From positions 1 through 64,000 of IMG/VR virus record IMGVR_UViG_3300021963_005267: a stretch of 64,000 nucleotides of DNA. The stretch is one strand, 5' to 3'. Origin of the DNA: a virus. The translations under genes were made by a program, and so were the position numbers. Each line of letters opens with the position of its first letter. Within the stretch, counting starts at the first letter, position 1. Of the stretch, positions 1 to 8,550 are shown in pieces. The notes beneath the pieces were generated by a model, which worked only from the letters and a program-made list of their open reading frames with translations, searched no databases and had not been told where the DNA came from.

Positions 1-622
1 CCAGCAGGATTGAGTCACAGTCATCGAACACGATAACGTTACCCTTCTCTGAATACTTGTACAATTGCGAGTAAAGACCCACAGCACTCATGGCGCCCTT
101 GATCACTTCGTACTTGGGCTTGCGTTGCCCCAGCACATTGAACAGATCTTCTTTGCCCAGGACTTCTTCTACACCGTAGCTTTTGCCCACGCCCGGAGGA
201 CCCGTGACGATCATGGCACGTACATTGCCGTCCTTGACAGCCTGCGTCATGTTCTTAAGTACTTCAAAACGGCCACGCAGTCGTGCTTTGATCTCATCAT
301 CAGTCTGATCAGAGACCACAGCATCAGGCACAACATCCTGCACAAAGCTTATGACACCTTCGGGCTCACGGCGCAATGCATTCAGCATACTGGGCTCGGG
401 GGCACCACTGACCACACGATACGAGTCTGCACTGGCGCATCGTATACGTATAGTCCTTTCTGGAAAGCCCGGTGAGCTAGCACCGTTGACAGTTACATAG
501 CCCTGCCCGTCTGAGCCCTGGCGATAGTGTTGCACCAGTTCAAAAACAGCGCCAGCCACTGAAGTATCCTGTCCACGTATCTTGTATACGCCTTCGAGGA
601 TTTGGATTTGAGGTTGTGACAT
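1..622 (-). CDS. P-loop (AAA-like) ATPase, runs off the window edge
   Basis: Not in the ORF track; manual translation from ATG 622 (SD AGGAG) gives MSQPQIQILEG...MIVTGPPGVGKS (Walker A)...VIVFDDCDSILL (Walker B), open to the window edge. Confidence 0.85.
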   Translation of the reverse strand, partial: MSQPQIQILEGVYKIRGQDTSVAGAVFELVQHYRQGSDGQGYVTVNGASSPGFPERTIRIRCASADSYRVVSGAPEPSMLNALRREPEGVISFVQDVVPDAVVSDQTDDEIKARLRGRFEVLKNMTQAVKDGNVRAMIVTGPPGVGKSYGVEEVLGKEDLFNVLGQRKPKYEVIKGAMSAVGLYSQLYKYSEKGNVIVFDDCDSILL

Positions 623-657
623 AGAGTCGTCGCTCCTAAGTTGTTAAAGGAATCCAT

Positions 658-686
658 ATTATATGCTCACAAAAAAGCCCTGTCAA
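658..686 (-). promoter_or_regulatory. sigma70-type early promoter for the ATPase
   Basis: Minus strand TTGACA-17 nt-TATAAT, perfect consensus. Confidence 0.85.
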
Positions 687-693
687 GCAGGGC
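671..693 (-). terminator. Rho-independent terminator overlapping the -35 box
   Basis: Minus strand GCCCTG-CTTGA-CAGGGC followed by T6, downstream of ORF 719-1000. Confidence 0.7.
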
Positions 694-718
694 GTGAACT
701 ATTCGTGAACAACAGTGT

Positions 719-1000
719 TTACAGCGTTCGGTAGTCCGAAACACGATCCCAGCGGAACGATCTCCATTCCATTTTCTCTAGATCGAACACGGGCTGCACC
801 ATCGGATTGGGCTCTTTTAAACCCTTGGGATGCTGCGAGGCTGGAACCCATCCCAGGTTAGTAGTACCACGCAGCACACGGCTGCTGCCATCTGCTTTGG
901 TAAACGTGACCTCTACTTCGCCCTGTGCCAATGCCCTACGGACTTCATCGCGGAACTGATCCTGCTCTACTAGTGTGCGATCTTCAAATACTACTGCCAT
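719..1000 (-). CDS. Small SH3/Sm-like (WYL_2/DUF2693-type) phage protein
   Basis: Pattern VTFTKADGSSRVLRGT...VFDLEKMEWRSFRWD is typical of this T4-like phage family; SD GGAG. Confidence 0.7.
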   Translation of the reverse strand: MAVVFEDRTLVEQDQFRDEVRRALAQGEVEVTFTKADGSSRVLRGTTNLGWVPASQHPKGLKEPNPMVQPVFDLEKMEWRSFRWDRVSDYRTL

Positions 1001-1033
1001 TTTATTCTCCAGTCAAGTAATATATTTAACCTT

Positions 1034-1118
1034 TGGTGCCCGGAGCCGGACTCGAACCGGCACAGCTTGCGCCGAGGGATTTTAAGTCCCTTGTGTCTAC
1101 CTATTTCACCATCCGGGC
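1034..1118 (-). tRNA. trnL: tRNA-Leu (anticodon UAA)
   Basis: Reverse complement GCCCGGATGGTGAAATAGGTAGACAC-AAGGGAC-TTAAAA-TCCCT, long variable arm, GGTTCGAGTCC T-arm, encoded CCA. Confidence 0.95.
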
Positions 1119-1120
1119 TG

Positions 1121-1197
1121 TGGTGGGCCCCCCGGGACTTGAACCCGGACTCAACGGATTATGAGTCCGCTGCTTTAACCAATTAAGCTAAAGGCCC
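1121..1197 (-). tRNA. trnI: tRNA with CAU anticodon, most likely tRNA-Ile2 (lysidine, reads AUA)
   Basis: GGGCCTTTAGCTTAATTGGTTAAAGCAGCGGACTCATAATCCG...GGTTCAAGTCC...GGCCCACCA; paired first acceptor position and no GGG/CCC initiator anticodon stem; resembles bacterial Ile2. Ile2 versus elongator Met is an inference. Confidence 0.85.
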
Positions 1198-1208
1198 AAC
1201 GTACCGCT

Positions 1209-1236
1209 ATTATACAGGTTTTTTTGGAACAGTCAA
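1209..1236 (-). promoter_or_regulatory. sigma70-type promoter for the tRNA pair
   Basis: TTGACT-16 nt-TATAAT, 11 nt upstream of the CAU tRNA. Confidence 0.7.
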
Positions 1237-1539
1237 CGTGTTTGGGCCAATGACCTTATCACGATCAGGGTCGCGATATCCCGCAGCAGTGTTGCCCGCA
1301 GCAGCACGTTCTTTGCTGACGATCCATTCTACTACAGGATCCAAACGCTGCGCAACTATATCCGGCGCAGCTGCTGCCAACTGATCCAGGTCATATTGAT
1401 TGGGATAGTGCCGCAACACTGCACCCGCCTGCGATCTGATCACAGCAGGCACCCCGGGAGTCTTCTTGGGATCCAGCAGCTCCTGTAGGAACTGTCTAGC
1501 GTAATTAATAGCGCGATATCTTTCGTCTGGTAATGTCAT
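1210..1539 (-). CDS. BPSL0761-like hypothetical protein
   Basis: N-terminus MTLPDERYRA...FLQEL...P.VIR.QA..VLRHYP matches the recalled family pattern. Confidence 0.65.
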   Translation of the reverse strand: MTLPDERYRAINYARQFLQELLDPKKTPGVPAVIRSQAGAVLRHYPNQYDLDQLAAAAPDIVAQRLDPVVEWIVSKERAAAGNTAAGYRDPDRDKVIGPNTLTVPKKPV

Positions 1540-1563
1540 AATCCGGGCTCTAGCAGCGGGGTC

Positions 1564-1734
1564 TTATATCCAGCTGCCCTTTCTACATTGATCCTGCACA
1601 CGATCGGGATTAACTTCCCGCTGCTGTAGTATATAGATCACCTGTGCAGCTTCATTCCAAGCTACATAATTGCCAAAGCTATAGCTGACAATGATCACAA
1701 GTGCTAGTACTACAGCTGAAAAGATCGTGCGCAT
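1564..1734 (-). CDS. Small membrane-anchored protein (56 aa)
   Basis: Manual translation MRTIFSAVVLALVIIVSYSFGNYVAW...; starts 8 nt after a sigma70 -10 box. Confidence 0.55.
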   Translation of the reverse strand: MRTIFSAVVLALVIIVSYSFGNYVAWNEAAQVIYILQQREVNPDRVQDQCRKGSWI

Positions 1735-1742
1735 AATATAAT

Positions 1743-1771
1743 AGTGTATAAAGGATTGAGCGGGTTGTCAA
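1743..1771 (-). promoter_or_regulatory. sigma70-type promoter
   Basis: TTGACA-17 nt-TACACT. Confidence 0.7.
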
Positions 1772-2255
1772 CTAGAATCTGTTGCATGTTGTATATATGC
1801 ACATGTGTATACTTATATAGTGTATAAGAGCTTATATGCTACAGCGGGGTCTACCGTAGGAACACTGTCGAGGCGATCCCCCCAGTCGATCACGGTACTC
1901 TAGGGTGTAGAACTGTGTGATAAAGTGCAGAAAAGTGTGAAATCTGAGGTCTTTTGAACCGTTTGGACTATTTTCGTTTTAAATTAACTAGGGTTTTTAC
2001 TGTCTGGGGATGGTGGTTTAAGAGGCTTAACAAAAATGGTTCTACACACGCACAAGATAGTCCCCACCCGGATATGCTACAGCGGGGTCTATGCTATACA
2101 CTATATACTAGAGTAACTTAACCCAGATCCAACCTATGACTAGGCCCAGATCAAACGCTAGTACGCATATGCCAGCGAGTGCTAGCGTGTAGTACAAGTG
2201 ATCTTCTACTATGCTCTTGATTTTATCCATCATATGAATATTTACAGCGGGGTCT

Positions 2256-2462
2256 ATGTCTAAGCCGTTAAAACTGTTGTGTTATCGTGTATTATATACT
2301 CATGATGCTGAACCCATTTGGGCTACAGTGCAAACATACAACGGCTATGTAGAACCTAAGCTATCATATACTTACTTTTGGATCATAGAGTCTTATGCTA
2401 GTCTATTAGTCTTGCGCCACCCGGAACTGGTTCGCTATAGTAGTAAAGACTATTACGCTTGA
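2256..2462 (+). CDS. Hypothetical protein
   Basis: 68-aa ORF starting immediately after the 4th repeat copy. Confidence 0.45.
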   Translation: MSKPLKLLCYRVLYTHDAEPIWATVQTYNGYVEPKLSYTYFWIIESYASLLVLRHPELVRYSSKDYYA

Positions 2463-2593
2463 TCTTTAGTAAGGTACTCTTATTTGTGCGCAAACTCTAC
2501 TGGGATCTTGTGGCAGATTTGGAAACGTTGTACCGCACAGTTGCGTACACGCTGATACGAGTGTACTGATCATTAGTAGTGTTAAAGTTTTAG

Positions 2594-2791
2594 TCATCGC
2601 AGCTTGCGGTCTAGTCTGTCTAATGCTTTACGGAATCTATAGTAGTTCTTATTGTCATCACGCATAGCTTCACCCAACTGTGCTTCAAGGAATCCAATTT
2701 GATACAGCATCTGTAGTCTGGGATTGTTGGGGAATAATCTGCTGGCTTTTTCCAACAGCTCAGTGCGTATATACTCTCTGTAGTTGCTCAC
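2594..2791 (-). CDS. Hypothetical protein
   Basis: 65-aa ORF, GTG start, co-oriented with neighbours. Confidence 0.6.
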   Translation of the reverse strand: MSNYREYIRTELLEKASRLFPNNPRLQMLYQIGFLEAQLGEAMRDDNKNYYRFRKALDRLDRKLR

Positions 2792-2811
2792 AGTCGCTCT
2801 TCTGCTGTGTA

Positions 2812-3003
2812 TTATCCCTGTGCACCTATGACCTGTATGCGCCCGGGTGCTAGATCTATGTTGATGTCAGTGATAGGTTTGTTCCATTCTGATTCGGGCA
2901 GTAGATGTTCTTCTCTGTACTGTTCTACACCGTTGTCCAGTACTACTCTAATGATGTAGCGTCCGTCAGCGCGGTTTTCTACGTAGGTTTGATTTGATAA
3001 CAT
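2812..3003 (-). CDS. Hypothetical protein
   Basis: 63-aa ORF with SD AGGAG and upstream TATAAATA. Confidence 0.7.
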   Translation of the reverse strand: MLSNQTYVENRADGRYIIRVVLDNGVEQYREEHLLPESEWNKPITDINIDLAPGRIQVIGAQG

Positions 3004-3021
3004 TGGGGGATCTCCTATAGA

Positions 3022-3029
3022 TATTTATA
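3022..3029 (-). promoter_or_regulatory. T4-late-like promoter TATAAATA (representative of many copies)
   Basis: Perfect TATAAATA here and at 51291 and 60819 (+). (A)TAAATA also precedes genes at 4869, 7131, 7709, 15358, 17148, 22222, 31800, 35426, 45733, 46970, 50879 and 54941 (+), and 1023, 13072, 15347, 49005 and 50017 (-). Confidence 0.75.
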
Positions 3030-3067
3030 GGAAAATTTGCTGTCCCGCTTACCGCTTCGCGGTCTTG

Positions 3068-3700
3068 TTAGGCCACTAGGCGCAGTCGGGGAGTCAAATC
3101 CTGTAGATAGTAGGCCTGTGCCAAGGGATCCCGTAGCATGGTGATAAACTTGTCATAGTCTATCTTTACGGTGCCCCAGTAGTGTGTTTGGAATGTGTTG
3201 AAGTTGGTGCTGTTCTGTAGTCCCCAGGGCCAGCGTTCAAAGTTGTCCAGGCTCATGTGATTTAGGCTTGAGTCCTGTGTCACATACTTGTGCTGCTCTA
3301 GGGTGATGGGTATGCAGCACATGAACTCAGTTAGGTCTCTAGAATTTTCCACCAGTGCTAGGTTCTTGGCACGGAATAGCGCACTAGGATCTAGATTCTT
3401 GTCCACTGATCTACCTGGGCTTTTGGTTTTGGTCAAACCCAATAGGAAACGATTCTGTTGTCGTATGTGATTAAAGTCTAATCGGAAACGCAGCTTAGGC
3501 TCTCCTGTGCTGCGATCTGGTACTGTGGTCCAGGCGGGCTCTCCAGTGATCAAGCACTCTAAAGGGGTATTGGGATCTCCCATGTACCAGTGTTGCAGTA
3601 CTGTTAGATTGAGATTCTTGTAGTAGGCTTTCTTGATCTCTCCAGGCTTGAGACAAGTGGGTTGGAAAGGGTCTTGGGGGTTTACGATGAATTTTTGCAT
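3068..3700 (-). CDS. Hypothetical protein, possibly a degenerate HNH-like nuclease
   Basis: 210 aa; CLITGE...LDFNH...EFMCCIPITLEQH resembles the HNH beta-beta-alpha layout. Confidence 0.5.
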   Translation of the reverse strand: MQKFIVNPQDPFQPTCLKPGEIKKAYYKNLNLTVLQHWYMGDPNTPLECLITGEPAWTTVPDRSTGEPKLRFRLDFNHIRQQNRFLLGLTKTKSPGRSVDKNLDPSALFRAKNLALVENSRDLTEFMCCIPITLEQHKYVTQDSSLNHMSLDNFERWPWGLQNSTNFNTFQTHYWGTVKIDYDKFITMLRDPLAQAYYLQDLTPRLRLVA

Positions 3701-3740
3701 AGGTTACGGTGTCTAAACAGTGGTCGTCCTTTAGATATAA

Positions 3741-4856
3741 TTATCTTCGTAGATTCTCTGCCCACTGCGGATCTGGCCGGAGATTTAATCTGGCACGGGC
3801 CTGCCGTCTAGTCTGCTGTGCTCGGGTGATGAGATTCTGTAGGTTCTGTTCTGCTGATTGATCTAAGACCTGCGGGGGTAACTGCATGATTTCCTCTGCT
3901 GAGGCTAGGGCACGATCTATGTGTGAGTATGCTTGGGGTCCCTCGCGGTCGTAGTCGGGATCAGCGAGATGTTGCCTTAGGGTATCAAACCCTAGACTCT
4001 CTAGATAGTCCAGTACTCCTGGTCTACTTATCCACACACAGGGGCTGCGATTGATCAGTGATCTATAGGTCTTTTCTGTTATGAACTCTGCGGGCGCGGC
4101 CCATTCTCTGCTGGCAGTTTCACAGACTATGCTGACCCTGGTGCTGGCGTATATTTCTGGGTCAAAAGGATAGCCTGGGCACACATAGGTCTGCCCCGAG
4201 CGGTGATGGTCTACACCGTCACGGGCTCCTAGATGAACTTCAAGCCAGGCCCAGAAATTAGGGTCATTGAACGGTTGGCTGCTTTTATGCCAGGACCTTA
4301 AGGCTGTGCTGTGGGCCAATAGGCCCAACTCAGCATCATCAGCTAGACCCTGCTGCCACAGTCGATAAATGGTGTAGAGCCTACTGGGTCTAGTTTCTAG
4401 TTTGCTGATCAGGCAGTTGACCCTAGGCTGTCTATGGCTGGGCAGAGTTAGACTGGGTGTGATCAGCTGTTGTTGCCAACGATATACAGCACTGAGCGCA
4501 AAGTAATCGATCAGTAGGTGTGGTCTAGATCTATAGCTGTCAGCTACACAGGGATTGACAAACCAACAGACTGGGCCCTCACGCCGTTCATACTCTTCAG
4601 CATAGGGCTGACCTGGGCCCGATTCATAGCTGTAGTCATAGATCAATTCTGTAGGCAGTCTACGCTGTCTGCGCTCTAGGATCAGCTGTTGCTTGCTCTG
4701 CTGATTCCAGCTGTCTATGATCCATAAGGGTCCTGGGTGTGAGCTTGCTAGATCAGGATCTCCAGTGCGCTGCTCTGGAGGTATGCCCAGATAGTCGGCT
4801 AGATCCAGATTAACACCTGCGCTGAGATTACTGTAATAATATAGATTCATCAGCAT
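3741..4856 (-). CDS. Putative GT-B glycosyltransferase-like protein (GT10-like C-terminal motif)
   Basis: SIVCET...FITEKTYRSL...P...G.LDYLESLGF motif. Start moved to ATG 4856 (or 4850) because the tracked extension overlaps the divergent gene. Confidence 0.55.
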   Translation of the reverse strand: MLMNLYYYSNLSAGVNLDLADYLGIPPEQRTGDPDLASSHPGPLWIIDSWNQQSKQQLILERRQRRLPTELIYDYSYESGPGQPYAEEYERREGPVCWFVNPCVADSYRSRPHLLIDYFALSAVYRWQQQLITPSLTLPSHRQPRVNCLISKLETRPSRLYTIYRLWQQGLADDAELGLLAHSTALRSWHKSSQPFNDPNFWAWLEVHLGARDGVDHHRSGQTYVCPGYPFDPEIYASTRVSIVCETASREWAAPAEFITEKTYRSLINRSPCVWISRPGVLDYLESLGFDTLRQHLADPDYDREGPQAYSHIDRALASAEEIMQLPPQVLDQSAEQNLQNLITRAQQTRRQARARLNLRPDPQWAENLRR

Positions 4857-4878
4857 ACTTATGCTGGTTAAATACAGT

Positions 4879-5991
4879 ATGGCCAATCCTTTAGACCTCA
4901 TCGTAGACACTGCACAGATCGCCTCAGTGTCAAATCCACAGCGTACCACAGTTAATCCTGCGGCCGCACAAATAGCACTGGCAGTACAGAATACCCAGGG
5001 CCAGACAGCTACCTTGCCCACGACCACTCCTACAGAGCCTGTGATAGTCACACAGATTACCCGGGCCCAGACCGCAGAGAGTCTACTGGGCGGTACTGCT
5101 AATCAAATACCCGTACAGACTGCACTGGACACCACGGGCTATATCACAGCACCTCAGGTCGCTGATCGTTATCTATATTGGGACGGCACCAGCATACGTT
5201 GGAATGCAGTCAGCGTAGTTACCAGCTATAACGATCTAACCAATAAGCCTAACTTTGCTGCGGTGGCCACATCGGGCAGCTATAACGATCTGTTGGACAA
5301 GCCCACTATCGTTGTAGACTATAACAATCTATTAAACAAGCCCACATTGTTCTCGGGCAGCTACACAGATCTCAGCAACAAGCCCACTATACCCGCAGCC
5401 CAGGTCAACAGTGATTGGACTGCCAGTACAGGAGTAGCCCAGATATTAAACAAGCCTACCCTGGCCACTGTGGCTACATCTGGACTGTACACAGATTTGG
5501 GCAGCTTGCCCACCCTAGCCACAGGCAACGTTAAAACAGTAGCAGTGTCAGGGCAGACCAGTGTAGCACTGGCACTAGACGGTACCCTGACACTAGCAGC
5601 AGCCACAGGCAGTGGATTTATAATCACTACCAACAACACTACTAAAACAGTGACCCTAGGACGTAGGACAGCCAAGACGGGTGACACTATTTCCACAGGC
5701 ACTTATACTATGGACTGTTCCCTATACGAAGCTTGGTACTTTACAGCCAGCGGTTCTATCTCGCTGGCATTCAGCAACATACCTGCGTCAGGTAATCTGT
5801 TCGTGGCCTATCTGTTTATAACCAATGGTAACGGCTCGGGAGCTATCGGTGCATTCCCTAACGGTACATTCTGGCCAGGGGGCACTATACCCACATTGAC
5901 CGCTGTGGCTAATAAGACAGACGTATTCGTGTTGGCCACAGCAGACGGAGGCGGTAAGTGGTTCGCTTCAGTAGTTGGCCAGAACATGTAA
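4879..5991 (+). CDS. Tail-fibre-like structural protein
   Basis: Repeated (VATSG)SYNDLxNKP fibre motifs; start ATG 4879 after TAAATA. Confidence 0.75.
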   Translation: MANPLDLIVDTAQIASVSNPQRTTVNPAAAQIALAVQNTQGQTATLPTTTPTEPVIVTQITRAQTAESLLGGTANQIPVQTALDTTGYITAPQVADRYLYWDGTSIRWNAVSVVTSYNDLTNKPNFAAVATSGSYNDLLDKPTIVVDYNNLLNKPTLFSGSYTDLSNKPTIPAAQVNSDWTASTGVAQILNKPTLATVATSGLYTDLGSLPTLATGNVKTVAVSGQTSVALALDGTLTLAAATGSGFIITTNNTTKTVTLGRRTAKTGDTISTGTYTMDCSLYEAWYFTASGSISLAFSNIPASGNLFVAYLFITNGNGSGAIGAFPNGTFWPGGTIPTLTAVANKTDVFVLATADGGGKWFASVVGQNM

Positions 5992-5994
5992 TCT

Positions 5995-6990
5995 ATGTAC
6001 GCACCGCATAATCCTACTCTTAGTTTTACCAGCGTAGCTTCAGGTTTTGCCAACACAGCCAGTACGATCACTACGTTAACTACGGGCGTGGCAGTACCAG
6101 CAGGGTCTTTGGTAGCAGTTACCTGCCAGATCAATGCAGCAACATCTACGGTAGGTACTATCACTCTTACAGGATCTGCAGGAGGGTTTGGTACCCAGAC
6201 CTGGTCCAACTTCCAGGCTAATGGTGCTGGTACTGCTTGCCATAGCCTATTAGTATTCAAGATCGTTACGGATATGCCCGCAGGCACTACACTGACTGCT
6301 ACTAGGAGTGCCAACTGGCCCAACGCTGAAATACGCATGATATTGTGTTCGGGCTGCAACAGACTGAGTAATTTCAATACCATTTCCGGAACCTACGGAG
6401 CCAACGCCGTAGGCAGTAATACCCTGACCTACGCATCAGGCACGGTGTCGGTACTGCATCACAGCAAAAGCAGCGTTAACATAACACTGGCAGTAGCCGA
6501 CAGCCAACAGGCCGTTGCAGGTATTGGTGGAGGTGGTAATCCTGATTATCTAGGAACCAATAGACCCCAGGTAACTACTATTTCTATAGCATCTAATCTA
6601 TTAAGCACAGCAAATCCACACGGATTGAACATAGGACAGAGTATCATTCCTAGAACAACCACAAATGGACTTACATCTGGTACTAGATATTTTCTAATCG
6701 CTGACGGATTTACCACGACGGCTTTTAAACTATCTCTAACTGCAAATGGCACCGCAGTTACACTAACAGATGGAACAGTAACAGTGATACACGATGTAGG
6801 ATATCAATCTATCGCTGTGCAGGGAGGATCGGGAACAGTTAACGGTGCTGCTGGTACAGGATTCCGTTATCTAGTAACTGCCACAGTTTATCCTCTAATA
6901 GGCCCTAATGTTGGGCAGACTTTTCTATGGCAAACTGGTGCCACAGTAGCACAAAACTGGTGTGTAACCACATACCGATTAATACCCTAG
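5995..6990 (+). CDS. Thr/Gly-rich beta-structured virion protein
   Basis: 331 aa; TANPHGLNIGQ...GLTSGTRYF...FKLSLTANG segment of the kind seen in phage tail proteins. Confidence 0.65.
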   Translation: MYAPHNPTLSFTSVASGFANTASTITTLTTGVAVPAGSLVAVTCQINAATSTVGTITLTGSAGGFGTQTWSNFQANGAGTACHSLLVFKIVTDMPAGTTLTATRSANWPNAEIRMILCSGCNRLSNFNTISGTYGANAVGSNTLTYASGTVSVLHHSKSSVNITLAVADSQQAVAGIGGGGNPDYLGTNRPQVTTISIASNLLSTANPHGLNIGQSIIPRTTTNGLTSGTRYFLIADGFTTTAFKLSLTANGTAVTLTDGTVTVIHDVGYQSIAVQGGSGTVNGAAGTGFRYLVTATVYPLIGPNVGQTFLWQTGATVAQNWCVTTYRLIP

Positions 6991-6999
6991 GAGAAAGAT

Positions 7000-7134
7000 A
7001 TGCAGAACTTAACTATTGAAGAAGTACAACCTCTACCAGTAGAGATCGTCAAAGAGCATCTTGAAAAGATAGAAAAAGAACAGGCAGAAAAGCAGCAAGA
7101 ACAGCCCACTGATAATTCGGAACAACCGCAATAA
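7000..7134 (+). CDS. Small acidic hypothetical protein (44 aa)
   Basis: SD AGGAG, ATG 7000 to TAA 7134; below the track cutoff. Confidence 0.55.
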   Translation: MQNLTIEEVQPLPVEIVKEHLEKIEKEQAEKQQEQPTDNSEQPQ

Positions 7135-7144
7135 ATATTTTATT

Positions 7145-7513
7145 ATGAAAAAGATCTTTATTCTATTGTTAGCATTTGCCCTTAGCGGATGTGCTGCCGT
7201 TGATTGGGTTAAGAAAGTTTGGCCTAGAGCACACGACCCGCAGTTAGTACGTCAATGGGTTGATGCTAGAACAGCACTAGATGATGTAGATTGTGAAAAG
7301 ACTCCTACAGGATGGGCACAGGTTGTAGAACCTGCACGTAGATTAAGTTTGTATGCAGAGTTTCGTAAAGATCCGCAGCAGGAGAATCTAAAAGGATTGT
7401 TAGCACACGCAGAACGAATGAGCAAGGGTGGTAGTAAAGCGTTCTGTGAAATAGGTAAGAAGACAGCCGTCCAGCGATTAGATGCAGCAAGAACAGCCTG
7501 GGAGGGCAGATAA
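7145..7513 (+). CDS. Lipoprotein
   Basis: MKK-hydrophobic stretch-LSGC lipobox. Confidence 0.8.
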   Translation: MKKIFILLLAFALSGCAAVDWVKKVWPRAHDPQLVRQWVDARTALDDVDCEKTPTGWAQVVEPARRLSLYAEFRKDPQQENLKGLLAHAERMSKGGSKAFCEIGKKTAVQRLDAARTAWEGR

Positions 7514-7704
7514 TGGATCACCAGTTAGTAGTAGAAATGCAGACCATTAAGGAACAATGGCAAATAGGTAATCTCAGTCTAGAAGAAAGAGATTATCTGT
7601 TAAAAGAAATAAGAGATATTAGAGCAGCGCAAGAATGCGCAGGTGATGAAGTAATGTTCCGTTATGTGTATCAAACATGTAATCTTATAATGAGTATGAC
7701 ATAA
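7513..7704 (+). CDS. Hypothetical protein
   Basis: TAATG stop/start coupling to the lipoprotein gene. Confidence 0.7.
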   Translation: MDHQLVVEMQTIKEQWQIGNLSLEERDYLLKEIRDIRAAQECAGDEVMFRYVYQTCNLIMSMT

Positions 7705-7722
7705 TCCAATAAATAAAAGACT

Positions 7723-7971
7723 ATGAGAATCAGTGATATAATTTTTGAAACCGAGCAAGAAGTAGACGAAGCTAAGGCCACTCGTAAGTATTGTCTCAGA
7801 CCTAAAAAGGACATGAGTGCCAGCGGACTAAGTAGCTGCAAGGCACAGGGATTCGTTCCTAGAGAAACAGGAAAGAGTCAGAAGGTTGGTAACGAACGTA
7901 TCAAACTTGACGGCAAGAAGATGAAAAGCACCAAGTACGGAGGTCCGGTATCACCAACTCGCACAGGTTAA
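7723..7971 (+). CDS. Small basic protein, putative internal head protein
   Basis: MRISDIIFE N-terminus, Lys-rich body, late-type promoter at 7709. Confidence 0.65.
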   Translation: MRISDIIFETEQEVDEAKATRKYCLRPKKDMSASGLSSCKAQGFVPRETGKSQKVGNERIKLDGKKMKSTKYGGPVSPTRTG

Positions 7972-7986
7972 AGGGAGCTGACCTAA

Positions 7987-8550
7987 ATGATAGATGAGCA
8001 AGTAATAAAGCAAGGCAGTTTACTTATTGCTCCACCCAGGATGCAAGATCCTAGATTCCGTAAATCAGTCATAATGATTAGTCAAAGTCGTGATTATGGA
8101 CATCAGGGCTTTGTGTTAAATCGAAAAACAGACAATACCGTTAATCAATTAATAGAAGATACAGGAATACAACTTAAAGTTGATGTACCTTTATACTGGG
8201 GTGGTCCTGTCAATGTCCAGAACGTATGGATGCTACACGACAGCATGTGGCGTCTACCCTACACAATAGAAATAGATGACAAATGGTCAATGACCAGCCA
8301 TAGAAGTATGTTCGAATATCTAGACAATGAACATAGGCCTAGACGCTATAGAATATTCTATGGATTTGCTGGATGGGGTCCAGAGCAACTAATTGGAGAA
8401 CTAAGAGGTGATCCGCCTTTTAATCACAACACTAGTTGGCTGACCTTAGAAGAACCTGATCCTCATTGGATAACACAAAGACCAGCAGATGATCTATGGA
8501 CTGATGCAGTCCAATTCTGTGCTGCTAAAACAGTGAGCCAGTGGCTTTAA
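7987..8550 (+). CDS. algH: YqgE/AlgH family protein
   Basis: LLIAPP.MQDP.F.KSV, G.VLNR, YWGGPV, GFAGWGPEQL.GE...SW motifs. Confidence 0.9.
   Translation: MIDEQVIKQGSLLIAPPRMQDPRFRKSVIMISQSRDYGHQGFVLNRKTDNTVNQLIEDTGIQLKVDVPLYWGGPVNVQNVWMLHDSMWRLPYTIEIDDKWSMTSHRSMFEYLDNEHRPRRYRIFYGFAGWGPEQLIGELRGDPPFNHNTSWLTLEEPDPHWITQRPADDLWTDAVQFCAAKTVSQWL

Larger units (their letters stand above)
1554..2255 (+). repeat. Four dispersed direct repeats of CAGCGGGGTCT
   Basis: Cores at 1554, 1842, 2080 and 2245; copies 2 and 3 share 20 bp (ATATGCTACAGCGGGGTCTA at 1834-1853 and 2072-2091). Confidence 0.9.

Noticed and set aside
65-475. Tracked 136-aa + strand ORF
   Set aside because: Antisense shadow of the minus-strand ATPase, which has Walker motifs, an SD and a promoter.
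1554-2255. CRISPR array interpretation of the repeats
   Set aside because: Repeats are only 11-20 bp with irregular 165-288 bp spacing, and no cas operon is present.
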